A model generated the notes under the pieces. It ran no database searches, was not told the DNA's origin, and saw only the letters and a program-made list of their open reading frames with translations. This document shows, piece by piece, positions 19,439 to 29,567 of a DNA stretch of 64,000 nucleotides (position 1 is its first letter; every line of letters starts with the position of its first letter). The DNA lies in the IMG/VR virus record IMGVR_UViG_3300028591_000070, positions 256,001-320,000 of that record. One strand, written 5' to 3'. The position numbers were made by a program, and so were the translations under genes. This DNA comes from a virus (lineage: Duplodnaviria > Caudoviricetes).

Positions 19439-19785
19439 TAAATACAATTTTATTGATAATCCTTGCTCTTATTGGGTTTGGAATAATTGGAATAGGAATA
19501 AATATCTCTAAAAAATTAGATTCTCTTAAGGATGGAAATAATCCTCTCACATCAGACATTAGTTTGATTGATGAGGTTGTAAATTATATATCATCAAAAG
19601 GATTAGAGCCAACTATCGGAGATAGCGATAGTGGTAAACAGTATTTTGCTTACATCAAAGATAATGTAATTATGAATATAGTTCCTATTGAGGATATTGA
19701 ATATAAAAAAGATTCATTAGCATGGAAAGCTCGAAGATCAGAACTTTTTAAAGCTATTGATAAATATTTGGAAGAGAACAACTAA
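19435..19785 (+). CDS. membrane-anchored hypothetical protein
   Basis: N-terminal TM helix. Confidence 0.7.
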   Translation: MINTILLIILALIGFGIIGIGINISKKLDSLKDGNNPLTSDISLIDEVVNYISSKGLEPTIGDSDSGKQYFAYIKDNVIMNIVPIEDIEYKKDSLAWKARRSELFKAIDKYLEENN

Positions 19786-20798
19786 TGGCGTTATATTTAC
19801 TTGGAGATTTGCATTTTACAAATTCCCATGAATGGGATGATATTTGTTTTACAAGATTTATTGAATATTTCTCAAACCTAGAAGTGGAGGCTGATTCAAG
19901 CCTCCTTTTATTAGGTGATATATCTGATAAGAAGATAAATGATAGTAAAACAATTGATTTGATTTCTTGGTTCTTTGCCGTGGCCCTTAAAAAGTTTAAG
20001 ATGATTTATGTATTAGGTGGAAATCACGATATGCATAAGGATTCTTTTAAGAAAGTTCATTATACAACACAGTTTGTTAAGTATTTTAATTCAGAAAAAA
20101 TACACCTCATTTATAATGAGGAAATATTAGATATTGATGGCCTTAAAGTATTAGCATTACCTCATAAAGAAACAACATTGGGAATAGAAGAATATTATAA
20201 TTCAGAATTGGATAATAAATATTATTCTACTCAAGTTGATTTATTGGTGGGACATTTAAACATTTATGATGAAAAAATGCCAATGGCTGAAGGTTTAGAT
20301 ATACATAAGTTTAATTATAAAACAGCTTATTTTGGACATGTACATTCAAGAGTTGGTTCATATGCTCAGAATTATACTGGTTCTATTATGCCATTTAAGA
20401 AAACCGAGAATGATACTACTCTTCCAAGATGTATTGCTAAAATAACAAAAGACTCAGTGGAAGAAATTCCATTACCAATCTTTAAGTTATTCAAGACTTT
20501 GGATATTTCTAAAGAATTGCCAGACCATAAAAAAGATGCCAATCCAACCATTATTTATGATTTTATAAACTGTAATGATGAGACAGCAGAATCACTTAAA
20601 AAGGACTATTTTGTAAGGTCTGAAAAAGATGTATTAGACATGTCCGAGGATGTAGAAGTTGATCAAGAAGCTGTTATTTTTGAGCAGATTTTTGAAAGTT
20701 TCTATGATGCATACACCCAGATGTGTAAAGATTTAGACATTCATCCAAAACGTTCTGTAAACTCTATAATTAAACAACTCTTGGAAGAAGATGATTAA
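19785..20798 (+). CDS. Mre11/SbcD/gp47-like metallophosphoesterase recombination nuclease
   Basis: GDLH, LGDISD, GGNHD, GHL, GHVH, YTGS motifs. Confidence 0.9.
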   Translation: MALYLLGDLHFTNSHEWDDICFTRFIEYFSNLEVEADSSLLLLGDISDKKINDSKTIDLISWFFAVALKKFKMIYVLGGNHDMHKDSFKKVHYTTQFVKYFNSEKIHLIYNEEILDIDGLKVLALPHKETTLGIEEYYNSELDNKYYSTQVDLLVGHLNIYDEKMPMAEGLDIHKFNYKTAYFGHVHSRVGSYAQNYTGSIMPFKKTENDTTLPRCIAKITKDSVEEIPLPIFKLFKTLDISKELPDHKKDANPTIIYDFINCNDETAESLKKDYFVRSEKDVLDMSEDVEVDQEAVIFEQIFESFYDAYTQMCKDLDIHPKRSVNSIIKQLLEEDD

Positions 20799-20850
20799 GT
20801 TATTTTCAATAATGACCTTTGAAAATAAAAAATTAAGCTAATTTATTCCT

Positions 20851-23409
20851 ATGAAGGAAGAGAATATGATAAAAACAGTAATTAAAAGGGATGGTGTTAA
20901 AAGACAAGATTTCAATCCCGAGAAAATTAAAAAAGCTATAAGAGCAGCAAATACTCAAGTAGATAAAGAAAAAAGACTCGATGAAGATCAAATTGAAAAA
21001 GTATTACAAAATGTTATAAAGTCTATTGAAAGTATTCAAGAGGAAACAATAGATATTGAACAAATTCAGGATTTTGTAGAAAAGAGTCTTATTAAATATA
21101 ATCATCATGCAGTAGTTAAGGCTTTTATTCTTTACCGTGAAGAACGTAACAAGGAAAGATTTAAGAAGCTTGCTATTACCAAAGAAATAAATAAAAAATT
21201 AGCTGCGTCTGATATTGAAAATCAGAATGCTAATGTTGATGAAGCTTCTTTTGGTGGTCGTAAAGGTGAAGCATCTTCATGTCTTAATAAACAACTTGCA
21301 TTGGATTATTATATGAATCCAAAATTTGCAAAAAATCATTTATTAAACAGAATTTATATTCACGACCTTGACTCATTTGTAGTAGGACAGCACAACTGTC
21401 TTTCATTGCCTATTGACCATTTATTAAAGAAAGGATTTAAGACTAGGCAAACAGATATTCGTCCAGCAAGGTCTGTTTCTACAGCTTTCCAGTTGTTAGC
21501 AGTTGGATTCCAAGTTCAGTCATTGCAGCAATTTGGTGGTGTTTCAGTGACACACTTAGACTGGTCACTTGTTCCATACGTAAGATACTCATTCATGAAG
21601 CATTTTATCCTCAATTACCTTAAACTTACTGGTGAGTTTGAAAAACTTGATTTGCTTCTTATGACAACAGAAGAATTGGACGACTGGATCGACAACAATA
21701 AACAAAAATATCTCAAGAAATGGAAGCTCTCTTATAAAGATTTCTATTTCGATAATAAAATATTTAAGAAAAGAAAGTTTAGAAAACTTCGCCAGATGGC
21801 ATTATTAGATACAATTGTTGAAACAAATCAAGCAGCAGAAGGTATGTATCATAACTTAAATACATTACAATCTCGTTCTGGTAATCAGTTGCCATTTACC
21901 TCTATCAATTATGGTACATGTACTTCAAGTGAAGGTCGTTTGATTATTAAAGCTCTCTTGAATGGTAGTATCAAAGGTGTTGGTATCAATCACAGAACAG
22001 CAATCTTCCCATGTGGTATCTTCCAGTACAGCAAGAAGATTAATGGTTTCCCAGGAACTCCAAATTATGATATGTATCAATTAGCCCTTAAATCAACAGC
22101 TAAGAGACTTTATCCAAATTATGTTAATACTGATTGGTCTAATGATACAGATTGGTCTGATGTTGCATTCAAGAAACTTCATCTTTCAAAGATGACAAAA
22201 GAAGATGAAAAAACATTGATTAAGCGTCTCCAAGAAAATGAAGACTTAATGGATATTTTTGGTCTTGAGATTAAAAACGGCCATGTTAAAGCAATGGATA
22301 TCATTCCAGCTGCAATGCCTTCAACTATGGGATGTCGTACTTATACAAGTAAAGACGTTAGTTGGCCAGAGGATTGGACTTCTGAATTAAGAAAGACTAT
22401 TGATAATCCATCATATCAGCCTGTAACATTTGCCTCTTCTCATATGAAGGATGGCCGTGGAAATATTTGTCCTGCAACTATCATTCTCCCAACATTAGCT
22501 ATGGAAGCTAAGAAAAAAGCTGAAAAAGAGCAGCAACCTGAATATATTGTAGATTATTTCATGGATATTCTTGAAAAAGCAATAGGTGATTGTAAAGATG
22601 AATTGCTTGAAAGATTTAATTGGATTTGTGCTCAGCCAGCCGCTTCAGCTAAGTTTATGTATGAAAACAATACATTCTTTGGATATAAACCTGAGGAAGG
22701 TGTTCGTTCAGCATTGAGACATGGTTCATTAGCAGTTGGCCAACTCGGTCTTGCAGAATGTCTTCAGATTTTGGTTGGTTGTAATCATACTGAAGAAAAA
22801 GGTATGAAAGTTGCTAAACAGATTGAACAGCTATTTAAGGATAAGTGTGCCGAATATAAAGAGCATTATAAATTAAACTTTGGTGTTTATTACACTCCTG
22901 CTGAAAACCTCTGTTATACAGCAATGAAGAAGTTTAAGGCTAAATATGGTGAAATTCCAAATGTATCAAATCATGAATACTTTACAAACTCAATTCATGT
23001 TCCAGTTTGGGAAAAGGTTTCTCCATTCAGAAAGATTGATATTGAAAGTCAATTGACAGGATATTCTGGAGCAGGATGTATCACTTATGTTGAATTAGAC
23101 AGTAATGCTATAAATAACCTTAAATCTTTGGAAGAGATTGTAAATTATGCGATGGCAAAAGATATTCCATATTTTGCATTAAATGTTCCAGTAGATTATT
23201 GTGAATGTTGTGGATATCAGGGATTTATTGATAATGAATGTCCAATTTGTCATAATGATGATGAAAATCAAATTCAGAGATTGCGCCGTGTAACTGGTTA
23301 TCTTTCAACAGATTACCGTCATTTCAATCCTGGAAAACAGAGAGAAGTTTTGGAAAGAGTTCATCATACAGATATGATGCAAGATTGGAAGAAATATGCA
23401 GATTGCTAA
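20851..23409 (+). CDS. nrdD: anaerobic ribonucleoside-triphosphate reductase with ATP cone
   Basis: VIKRDG ATP cone, IHDLD, HNC, MGCR, TPAENL, YFTNS, CxxC..CxxC, glycyl-radical RVTGYL. Confidence 0.97.
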   Translation: MKEENMIKTVIKRDGVKRQDFNPEKIKKAIRAANTQVDKEKRLDEDQIEKVLQNVIKSIESIQEETIDIEQIQDFVEKSLIKYNHHAVVKAFILYREERNKERFKKLAITKEINKKLAASDIENQNANVDEASFGGRKGEASSCLNKQLALDYYMNPKFAKNHLLNRIYIHDLDSFVVGQHNCLSLPIDHLLKKGFKTRQTDIRPARSVSTAFQLLAVGFQVQSLQQFGGVSVTHLDWSLVPYVRYSFMKHFILNYLKLTGEFEKLDLLLMTTEELDDWIDNNKQKYLKKWKLSYKDFYFDNKIFKKRKFRKLRQMALLDTIVETNQAAEGMYHNLNTLQSRSGNQLPFTSINYGTCTSSEGRLIIKALLNGSIKGVGINHRTAIFPCGIFQYSKKINGFPGTPNYDMYQLALKSTAKRLYPNYVNTDWSNDTDWSDVAFKKLHLSKMTKEDEKTLIKRLQENEDLMDIFGLEIKNGHVKAMDIIPAAMPSTMGCRTYTSKDVSWPEDWTSELRKTIDNPSYQPVTFASSHMKDGRGNICPATIILPTLAMEAKKKAEKEQQPEYIVDYFMDILEKAIGDCKDELLERFNWICAQPAASAKFMYENNTFFGYKPEEGVRSALRHGSLAVGQLGLAECLQILVGCNHTEEKGMKVAKQIEQLFKDKCAEYKEHYKLNFGVYYTPAENLCYTAMKKFKAKYGEIPNVSNHEYFTNSIHVPVWEKVSPFRKIDIESQLTGYSGAGCITYVELDSNAINNLKSLEEIVNYAMAKDIPYFALNVPVDYCECCGYQGFIDNECPICHNDDENQIQRLRRVTGYLSTDYRHFNPGKQREVLERVHHTDMMQDWKKYADC

Positions 23410-23881
23410 TATTATTCTAAATGATGTTCAAAATGGTGAAAGTGGAATAGTTGTCTCACTTTGGGTAAGTGGCTGTCCACATAAATGTCCTGGTTGTCAT
23501 AATGCTGAATTATGGGATTATTCATATGGCCAGGATATTCCAATAGACCAATTAAAAATTATAATCCAAAAAATGATTTCTGCTGAAGGGATAACTAGAG
23601 ACTTAGCCATTTTAGGTGGTGAGCCTCTAGATCCATCAAAAAGAGATGAGATGGCAGAATTATTAAAGCATATTAAGTTTGTATATCCAGATAAGAAAAT
23701 CTATTTATGGACAGGCTATGACTATAAAGATGTTAAAAAGTTGGAATGCCTCAAATATGTAGATGTTCTTATTGACGGAAAGTTTGACATTACAAAAAGA
23801 GATCTTACCTTGAAATTAAGAGGTAGTTCTAATCAAAATATCTACTATAGAAAAGGTCGAAGACTAAAGAGAGGGAAATAA
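23396..23881 (+). CDS. nrdG: anaerobic RNR activating protein
   Basis: GCPHKCPGCHN, LGGEP, WTGY, RGSSNQ. Confidence 0.97.
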   Translation: MQIANIILNDVQNGESGIVVSLWVSGCPHKCPGCHNAELWDYSYGQDIPIDQLKIIIQKMISAEGITRDLAILGGEPLDPSKRDEMAELLKHIKFVYPDKKIYLWTGYDYKDVKKLECLKYVDVLIDGKFDITKRDLTLKLRGSSNQNIYYRKGRRLKRGK

Positions 23882-24037
23882 ATGGCATCATATTTTGAAT
23901 GGAAAAAGATTAATCAAAAGGATTATGAAGAGATTAGAAAAGCTTTTATTATTGCAGCCAATGAATATGAGTTAGAAGAAGCATTTAAACTTTTCTATGA
24001 TAAAATAAATAATCTCTCAGAAGATGATGGAAAATAG
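23882..24037 (+). CDS. 51 aa hypothetical protein (not in ORF track)
   Basis: ATG abutting nrdG stop, GAGG SD; MASYFEWKKINQ...DDGK. Confidence 0.6.
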   Translation: MASYFEWKKINQKDYEEIRKAFIIAANEYELEEAFKLFYDKINNLSEDDGK

Positions 24038-24079
24038 TTGAAAATTTATTAATCTTGGTGGTATATTCTATATACGAGG
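24038..24079 (+). promoter_or_regulatory. class I promoter plus SD
   Basis: TTGAAA-18-TATATT-CTATATACGAGG. Confidence 0.7.
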
Positions 24080-24085
24080 TAGAAT

Positions 24086-25006
24086 ATGGCTAAAGAAAAA
24101 AGATTTAATAAACTTTATCCACCAATTCCAATATTTCCTGAAGAATATGCTCCTAGGGGTTTTGATCTTAATAATGAAGTTTTACCTTCCCTTGCAGAAG
24201 AGATGCTTTGGAATTGTGCTTCATATTATTTGCATGAATCTTATTGGAAGCGTCTTATAGAATTAAATAACTTCTGGCAGTGTCTTAAGCCAGAACTTAC
24301 TAAAAATCAACGACAACTCTCATTTCCAGCTGATTTTGAAACTTTGCTTGCTGAAATGAAAGATATTAAAACTGCTGAGTCTGAAGCTAAAAAGCAGTGG
24401 CAGAAAAATAATAAAATTGAGTATGCAAAACAAAAATCTGAAAACGAAAAATTCCGTGATGAACATAATTTCTGTCTTATTGATGGCAAAAAGGTGAAAT
24501 GTCCTTATCAAATAGAAGGACCTGGACTTATTATGTCACACCCAGGTGATCCTAAGTTTGGTGCTTGGAAATATCGTGTAAAGCCAGAAGATGTTACATT
24601 AAATATTGTTGGTTATGAAACTCCAAAAGACTGGAAGGGCAAGGTTGTTTCATCTAACACATCTCAGTGGGTCTTCAAATATAAGATGGACTGTGGCCGC
24701 AAAGGTATGTCTTGCTATACTCAGCTTGCTAAAAAAGCTAATGTTGATGCTAAGAGTGATATTGCTCAGGGAAATACTTCTAAGAAGTTTGATAAAACAA
24801 TGAAAGCTATTAAGAAGTATAAAAAACTTGAAAAACATATTGAAGATGGTCTTAAGTCTTCAGATTTGAAAACACAGCAAACTGCTTTAGTTACTTGGTT
24901 GATTTCTCAGACTGGTATTCGTGTCGGAAATGAAAAAAATCTTAATATTTCTGCTGATACTGTTGGAGCCACAACTCTCAAGGTTAAAGACATCATCTTG
25001 AATTAA
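24086..25006 (+). CDS. DNA topoisomerase IB, eukaryote/thaumarchaeal-type, N-terminal subunit (cap + first catalytic Arg)
   Basis: FCLIDG..YQIEGPGL..PKFGAWK.RVKPEDVTLN, KKFDK, GIRVGNEK, ADTVGATTLKV, collinear with human TOP1 IEPPGL..PKMG..PEDIIIN, LRAGNEK, ADTVGCCSLRV. Confidence 0.9.
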   Translation: MAKEKRFNKLYPPIPIFPEEYAPRGFDLNNEVLPSLAEEMLWNCASYYLHESYWKRLIELNNFWQCLKPELTKNQRQLSFPADFETLLAEMKDIKTAESEAKKQWQKNNKIEYAKQKSENEKFRDEHNFCLIDGKKVKCPYQIEGPGLIMSHPGDPKFGAWKYRVKPEDVTLNIVGYETPKDWKGKVVSSNTSQWVFKYKMDCGRKGMSCYTQLAKKANVDAKSDIAQGNTSKKFDKTMKAIKKYKKLEKHIEDGLKSSDLKTQQTALVTWLISQTGIRVGNEKNLNISADTVGATTLKVKDIILN

Positions 25007-25038
25007 GCTTTACAAAAAAGTATATTCTATATAAGAGG
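24998..25038 (+). promoter_or_regulatory. class I promoter plus SD between the two Topo IB halves
   Basis: TTGAAT (last codons of N-half)-17-TATATT-CTATATAAGAGG. Confidence 0.8.
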
Positions 25039-25043
25039 TAGAT

Positions 25044-25835
25044 ATGAAAACTATTACATTAAACTTTGTAGGTAAGAGTTCAGTTCCATTTAACCGTACT
25101 ATTGAAGTTTCTGATGAACTTTATGAAGTAATTAAACGAAGCCAGGAAAATAAAAAACCAACTGATGAAATCTTTGATATGGTTGACTCTGGTGATGTAG
25201 GAAACTTTTTGAAGGAAGTTGATAAAAGTTTCTCACCTAAAGTTTTGCGTACAGCTCGTTGTAATAGTGTTCTTGTTGAAAATCTTAAAAAGCAGAAGGT
25301 TGATAAAAACTCGACAGAAACCCAGAAGCTTGAGGCAATTTATAATGCAAATTATGCTATTGCTAAAGAGCTTAATCACCAGAAAAATATCGGCAAAAAT
25401 CAGTCAAACAATGAGGAAAAAGCAAATACAAATCTTCAGAATGCTAAAGATAAATTAAAGACTCTTAAAAAAGAGTCTAAGGCAAAACTTGCTGATATTG
25501 ATAATCAGGAAAAAAGCTTTGAAGAAAAATATGCAAAAATGCCTCAGATGCTCGAAGCTAAAAAGGCCGCATTGAAAATTGCTCGTGAAAAAATTGCAGA
25601 ACGTATTAAAAAGCAAGAAGCAACTGTTTCAAAGAACGAATTGAAAGCTAAGAAAACTTCTGAAACTGCTGATATTGCTCTTGGTACATCCCTTGGAAAT
25701 TATGCTGACCCACGTATTATCTATTCTTGGTGTAAAGATGTAGACCTTCCTATTGGAAAAGTTTATAATAAAAACTTACAGGAAAAATTTGAATGGGCAA
25801 AAGATACTCCTGCAGATTATTGGAGAAAAATATAG
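25044..25835 (+). CDS. DNA topoisomerase IB, C-terminal subunit (catalytic K, R, H, linker, Tyr)
   Basis: FVGKSS, SPKVLRT, ELNHQK, coiled-coil linker, ALGTSLGNYADPRI..WC....PIGKVYNK..QEKFEWA. Confidence 0.92.
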   Translation: MKTITLNFVGKSSVPFNRTIEVSDELYEVIKRSQENKKPTDEIFDMVDSGDVGNFLKEVDKSFSPKVLRTARCNSVLVENLKKQKVDKNSTETQKLEAIYNANYAIAKELNHQKNIGKNQSNNEEKANTNLQNAKDKLKTLKKESKAKLADIDNQEKSFEEKYAKMPQMLEAKKAALKIAREKIAERIKKQEATVSKNELKAKKTSETADIALGTSLGNYADPRIIYSWCKDVDLPIGKVYNKNLQEKFEWAKDTPADYWRKI

Positions 25836-26330
25836 ATGTTTGAAAGCTCAAGCGAAGATAATAGATTTTTTAAAGCCCTTGATGATTTTGTCCAACGAAT
25901 GAAGAGTACTTTTACAAGTGATTTTCATCAAGGCTTTATAAAAGAGTCGGAATATCAACGATTATTACACCTTATGCTTAGAAATCCTCATATGACAAGA
26001 GGCGCCGGCTTTGGTAATATGCTTCTTGAGAAAGATGGGATTAGAATTCTCATAGAAGATGATAAACTTTATGTGCATTATACTTATTTTAAACGAGAAG
26101 ACGACTCTAAGTTAAGTTCTCCTTATGCTATTTTTATTAAAAACTCTAACAAGCCAGTAAGATATTATAATTATTATGTAGACCATTCTGGTAATTTTAG
26201 TTTTAAGCAGCAGCGTGATTTAGTAGATATTATGACAGAATTTGGACTTACTAAAGAAGAAGCTGAAGCCTATGAAAAAATTTCAAGAGATGAGATACAA
26301 GACTTAAGTGAAGAGGAGAAAGAATGTTAA
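25836..26330 (+). CDS. hypothetical protein
   Basis: 164 aa ORF. Confidence 0.7.
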   Translation: MFESSSEDNRFFKALDDFVQRMKSTFTSDFHQGFIKESEYQRLLHLMLRNPHMTRGAGFGNMLLEKDGIRILIEDDKLYVHYTYFKREDDSKLSSPYAIFIKNSNKPVRYYNYYVDHSGNFSFKQQRDLVDIMTEFGLTKEEAEAYEKISRDEIQDLSEEEKEC

Positions 26331-27418
26331 ATATTTATGACCCAAGTGAATATAGTAAAAAACTTAAAAAAGTTGCTACAGTAAAAGGCACAACTTTAAG
26401 GTCTATTGAAATTTCCTTTCTTATTGATGAACACTCTAAATATAACTTAAAAGTTTATGGTAGAGAACATTATGATAGACAGAGTTTTTATGATTGGGAC
26501 TCAGATCATCGTGATAATAAAAATGATGCTGAAGAAAGAGTATGGTTTATATTAAGACAACCTTGGATTAAGCTTCCAGATTTTCTTAATATTTGGTGTG
26601 AAAATCATACACCTTGTTCTTGGAGTGATCCTAAACTTACAACACCTCCTAAAGACTTAGAGTTTTCTCCATTTGAGAAAAAAGTTGAAGATTATTTTGA
26701 CAAAAACAATTTTTTACTTGGAGAACTAGCAACAAATAATGATGTTGCTGACTATAAAGAGGCACTACAAGAATATAAAAATGATGAATTTGAGGGCAAT
26801 TTTGAACATTTTTTAAGAACAGGTGGAAGTTTTCCATTTGATAGGCGTGGCTTGCTCTATCATGCAGGATATGCTAAAATTACTAGTTCTTTAATGGCAA
26901 ATTTCTTAAATTATCTTAATGATAAAGATATAAACATCAGTGCCTGCGAGTTTAAAGATTATGATGCTCCAAAACTTACAACATCATTTAAAATTTGTTT
27001 TGAAGATTTTGATGGTCCACCTGCTAAAGCAAAAGAACTTTTTGAAGCTTATGCAGAGGAGTTTGGTTTATATCGCCATCTTATAAATATTTATTTTGAT
27101 GAAACTGAACCTATTGAGAAAGCTCCTGCCTTACTTGGAATTAAGATAAAAGTTTCAAGTCATACTCCATCAAAGTCATCATCGGCTCTTGTGCCGCAAG
27201 GTACTCTTTTGGATCAAAATGGAGTTCTTATTGAAGTTGGGGATGTCATTGCTTATCCAAGAGGTGGTGACCACAATTACTATTGCCTCTATTATGGAAA
27301 GGTTGTGGCTAATACAGCAAAAATGGTTATTATGGAAGATGACTCTCAGGCTCGTCATGATAAAGTAATGGTTATTAAATCTAAAAATCCAAATAAAAAA
27401 TTGCCATGGGACGATTAA
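26324..27418 (+). CDS. hypothetical protein with C-terminal SH3/KOW-like segment
   Basis: DQNGVLIEVGDVIAY..YGKVV. Confidence 0.7.
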   Translation: MLNIYDPSEYSKKLKKVATVKGTTLRSIEISFLIDEHSKYNLKVYGREHYDRQSFYDWDSDHRDNKNDAEERVWFILRQPWIKLPDFLNIWCENHTPCSWSDPKLTTPPKDLEFSPFEKKVEDYFDKNNFLLGELATNNDVADYKEALQEYKNDEFEGNFEHFLRTGGSFPFDRRGLLYHAGYAKITSSLMANFLNYLNDKDINISACEFKDYDAPKLTTSFKICFEDFDGPPAKAKELFEAYAEEFGLYRHLINIYFDETEPIEKAPALLGIKIKVSSHTPSKSSSALVPQGTLLDQNGVLIEVGDVIAYPRGGDHNYYCLYYGKVVANTAKMVIMEDDSQARHDKVMVIKSKNPNKKLPWDD

Positions 27419-27672
27419 AAAAACTTACAAATAAACAAAGACTTTTCGAAATAAGTAAAGCTCTTCTAACAGCTAAAGAGCCTGAAATTGTTGAAAAGTT
27501 GGGTACTTATATTTATGATGTAAGTAATGTTTATACAAATGGAAAGATTGCTCAAATTGAAATCTCTGATGAGAGAGGAAATAAAATTATTTATCAATTT
27601 GATAAGCCTAAACTATGGAAAGGTGAGCCACAATTAGATAGAGCTCACCTTGTAGGAGAAAACAATGTCTAA
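27406..27672 (+). CDS. hypothetical protein
   Basis: overlapping ORF in operon. Confidence 0.65.
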   Translation: MGRLKKLTNKQRLFEISKALLTAKEPEIVEKLGTYIYDVSNVYTNGKIAQIEISDERGNKIIYQFDKPKLWKGEPQLDRAHLVGENNV

Positions 27673-28567
27673 AAGAGTACATTACTGTGATGACTGTTAT
27701 AATTCTTACGATATTATACGCTTATATGATGGTGAAGAAGATAAACCATTCGCAAAAGTATATAATGCTTCTGAGATAGAAAAGAAATTATTTCCTAGAG
27801 AATGGAAGCCAGAATTTCAAGAGTCACTATATAATCTCTCTTCATGGCCAAAAGACTCTTATGCTATTATGTTTAGTGGTGGTTTTGATAGTTTGTCTTT
27901 AGCATTAAGACATTTGGAGAAAGGTGAAAGAGTTTTTCTTTTATCAATTGGTTTTTCAGAGGAGAGAACAACTAGTTCTCTAACAGTTAAATTATTAAAA
28001 TCAATTTACAATGATGCCGTTATTGGACCTATTAAACTTTTTGCGCCTATTTTCATAGATTTGGAAGGTGGTAATGGATTAGTACAACAGCCTTTTACCG
28101 CTTTCTATGCTGCTCATATGCCAGATAGAGTTAGACAAGTAGTTAAAGCTGTAGAATGTGCGTATGTTTTAAATGATGATGCTATATCTTTTCAGAATGA
28201 ACTAAAGGCAATTTATAATAATTCTGTTAAGTGCCACATCCTTGACAAAGAGAATCCTCCATTAAAGTTTCCACTTACTAAAGTTTCGCATTATGAAAAT
28301 CTTGAATATGTTGCAGGTATTGAGAAAAAATATCAAATTATTTTCCCAGCACTCTCTTCAGAAGGTTTAATTTGTAATAAGTATACAGATAAAAATGATA
28401 ATACTTTGTATACAATACAAGGTGGTACAAACTCTGATAAGCCTAATAAAAAGTGTGATATAAGTGGTTATCTTATTTTAGAAAAATCAGCGAGAAAAGC
28501 ATTTCCAAGATTAAAGCTTAAGTCAAAACTTGAAAAGCTTGAAGACCCCGTACAGATAAAGTGTTAA
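27665..28567 (+). CDS. QueC-like PP-loop ATPase
   Basis: MFSGGFDS PP-loop, YVLNDD, FPL; canonical C-terminal Zn cysteines not evident. Confidence 0.65.
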   Translation: MSKRVHYCDDCYNSYDIIRLYDGEEDKPFAKVYNASEIEKKLFPREWKPEFQESLYNLSSWPKDSYAIMFSGGFDSLSLALRHLEKGERVFLLSIGFSEERTTSSLTVKLLKSIYNDAVIGPIKLFAPIFIDLEGGNGLVQQPFTAFYAAHMPDRVRQVVKAVECAYVLNDDAISFQNELKAIYNNSVKCHILDKENPPLKFPLTKVSHYENLEYVAGIEKKYQIIFPALSSEGLICNKYTDKNDNTLYTIQGGTNSDKPNKKCDISGYLILEKSARKAFPRLKLKSKLEKLEDPVQIKC

Positions 28568-28624
28568 TATTATTTTATTGTGGGTTGAAATAAACTCATA
28601 AAGTTCAAAAGGAGAATAAACACA

Positions 28625-29428
28625 ATGACAAAAACATTGGGTGATCGTATGAAAGAATATGAAAATGTCACAGATGCATCCCTTTATCATAGGATGCCAA
28701 TAATTTTAAGAATCGATGGAAGAGCATTCCATACCCTCACTTCCTTTATGGAAAAGCCTTATGATAATAATTTTATCAATCTCATGAATAATACAATGAT
28801 TGAGGTTTTTAATTCTTTTCCAGATGCAACTCTTGGATATGTACAGTCTGATGAAATCAGCATTCTTATGTGTCCATATGCTACTTATGAAACTGAGCCT
28901 GTTTTTGGTGCTCGTATTCAGAAAATCAGTTCAGTAGCCGCTTCTATTGCCACTCAAGCATTCATTAAAAATCTTTACAAGATGACTCAGTCTGATGAAA
29001 CTAAAGAATGGGCAGAAAAATGTCTTAATGGAAATATTACTTTTGACTGTAGATGCTTTAATCTTCCAAAAGAAGAAGTAATAAATTATTTTAGATTTAG
29101 ACAGCAAGATTGTACAAGAAACTCAATTTTGAATGCAGGACATTTTTATATTGGAAAGAAAAAATGCCATGGATTTAAGACTCCAGATATTATTGAAGCC
29201 TTAAAAGAAAAAAGCATTGACTATTGGACTACTTGGCCAAATTATGTTCATTATGGACGCTCATGTTATAGAGGAGAAGATGGCCATACAAAACTCTGGA
29301 CTCTTGTTTATGGAGCTAAAGATGTCGCCCTCGCTGTAGATAAGATGGTAAACTTCAATTATGAAAATCGCTCAGAATATATTGAAATGTTAGAGAGGTG
29401 TGTCAATGATACTGAATCCAGTAGGTGA
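28625..29428 (+). CDS. tRNA(His) guanylyltransferase Thg1-like protein
   Basis: LGDRMKEYE, RIDGRAFH, YVQSDEIS, FDCR, RQQDCTRNS. Confidence 0.95.
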   Translation: MTKTLGDRMKEYENVTDASLYHRMPIILRIDGRAFHTLTSFMEKPYDNNFINLMNNTMIEVFNSFPDATLGYVQSDEISILMCPYATYETEPVFGARIQKISSVAASIATQAFIKNLYKMTQSDETKEWAEKCLNGNITFDCRCFNLPKEEVINYFRFRQQDCTRNSILNAGHFYIGKKKCHGFKTPDIIEALKEKSIDYWTTWPNYVHYGRSCYRGEDGHTKLWTLVYGAKDVALAVDKMVNFNYENRSEYIEMLERCVNDTESSR

Positions 29429-29567
29429 AGTTGTTATAAATGACGATGGTAGTTTGAGTGTCATTACCTCAAATGGCCAGAAGTTGTCTATGCTTGAAGC
29501 TGAGAAGTTGAAAGCTAAAATTGAACATAAAGAGCCAGAAGTTCATATTTATACAACGGAGGATTAA
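29406..29567 (+). CDS. 53 aa hypothetical protein (not in ORF track)
   Basis: GAGG SD; MILNPVGEV...YTTED fills the gap before dCMP deaminase. Confidence 0.55.
   Translation: MILNPVGEVVINDDGSLSVITSNGQKLSMLEAEKLKAKIEHKEPEVHIYTTED

Noticed and set aside
20851-23409. Intein or intron in nrdD
   Set aside because: The insertions are short and lack intein C/S...HN termini or LAGLIDADG/HNH motifs, and the ORF is continuous.
25007-25043. T4 gene 60-like ribosomal bypass or intron joining the Topo IB halves
   Set aside because: The gap is only 37 nt, has no strong structure, and is fully explained by a consensus promoter, SD and ATG.
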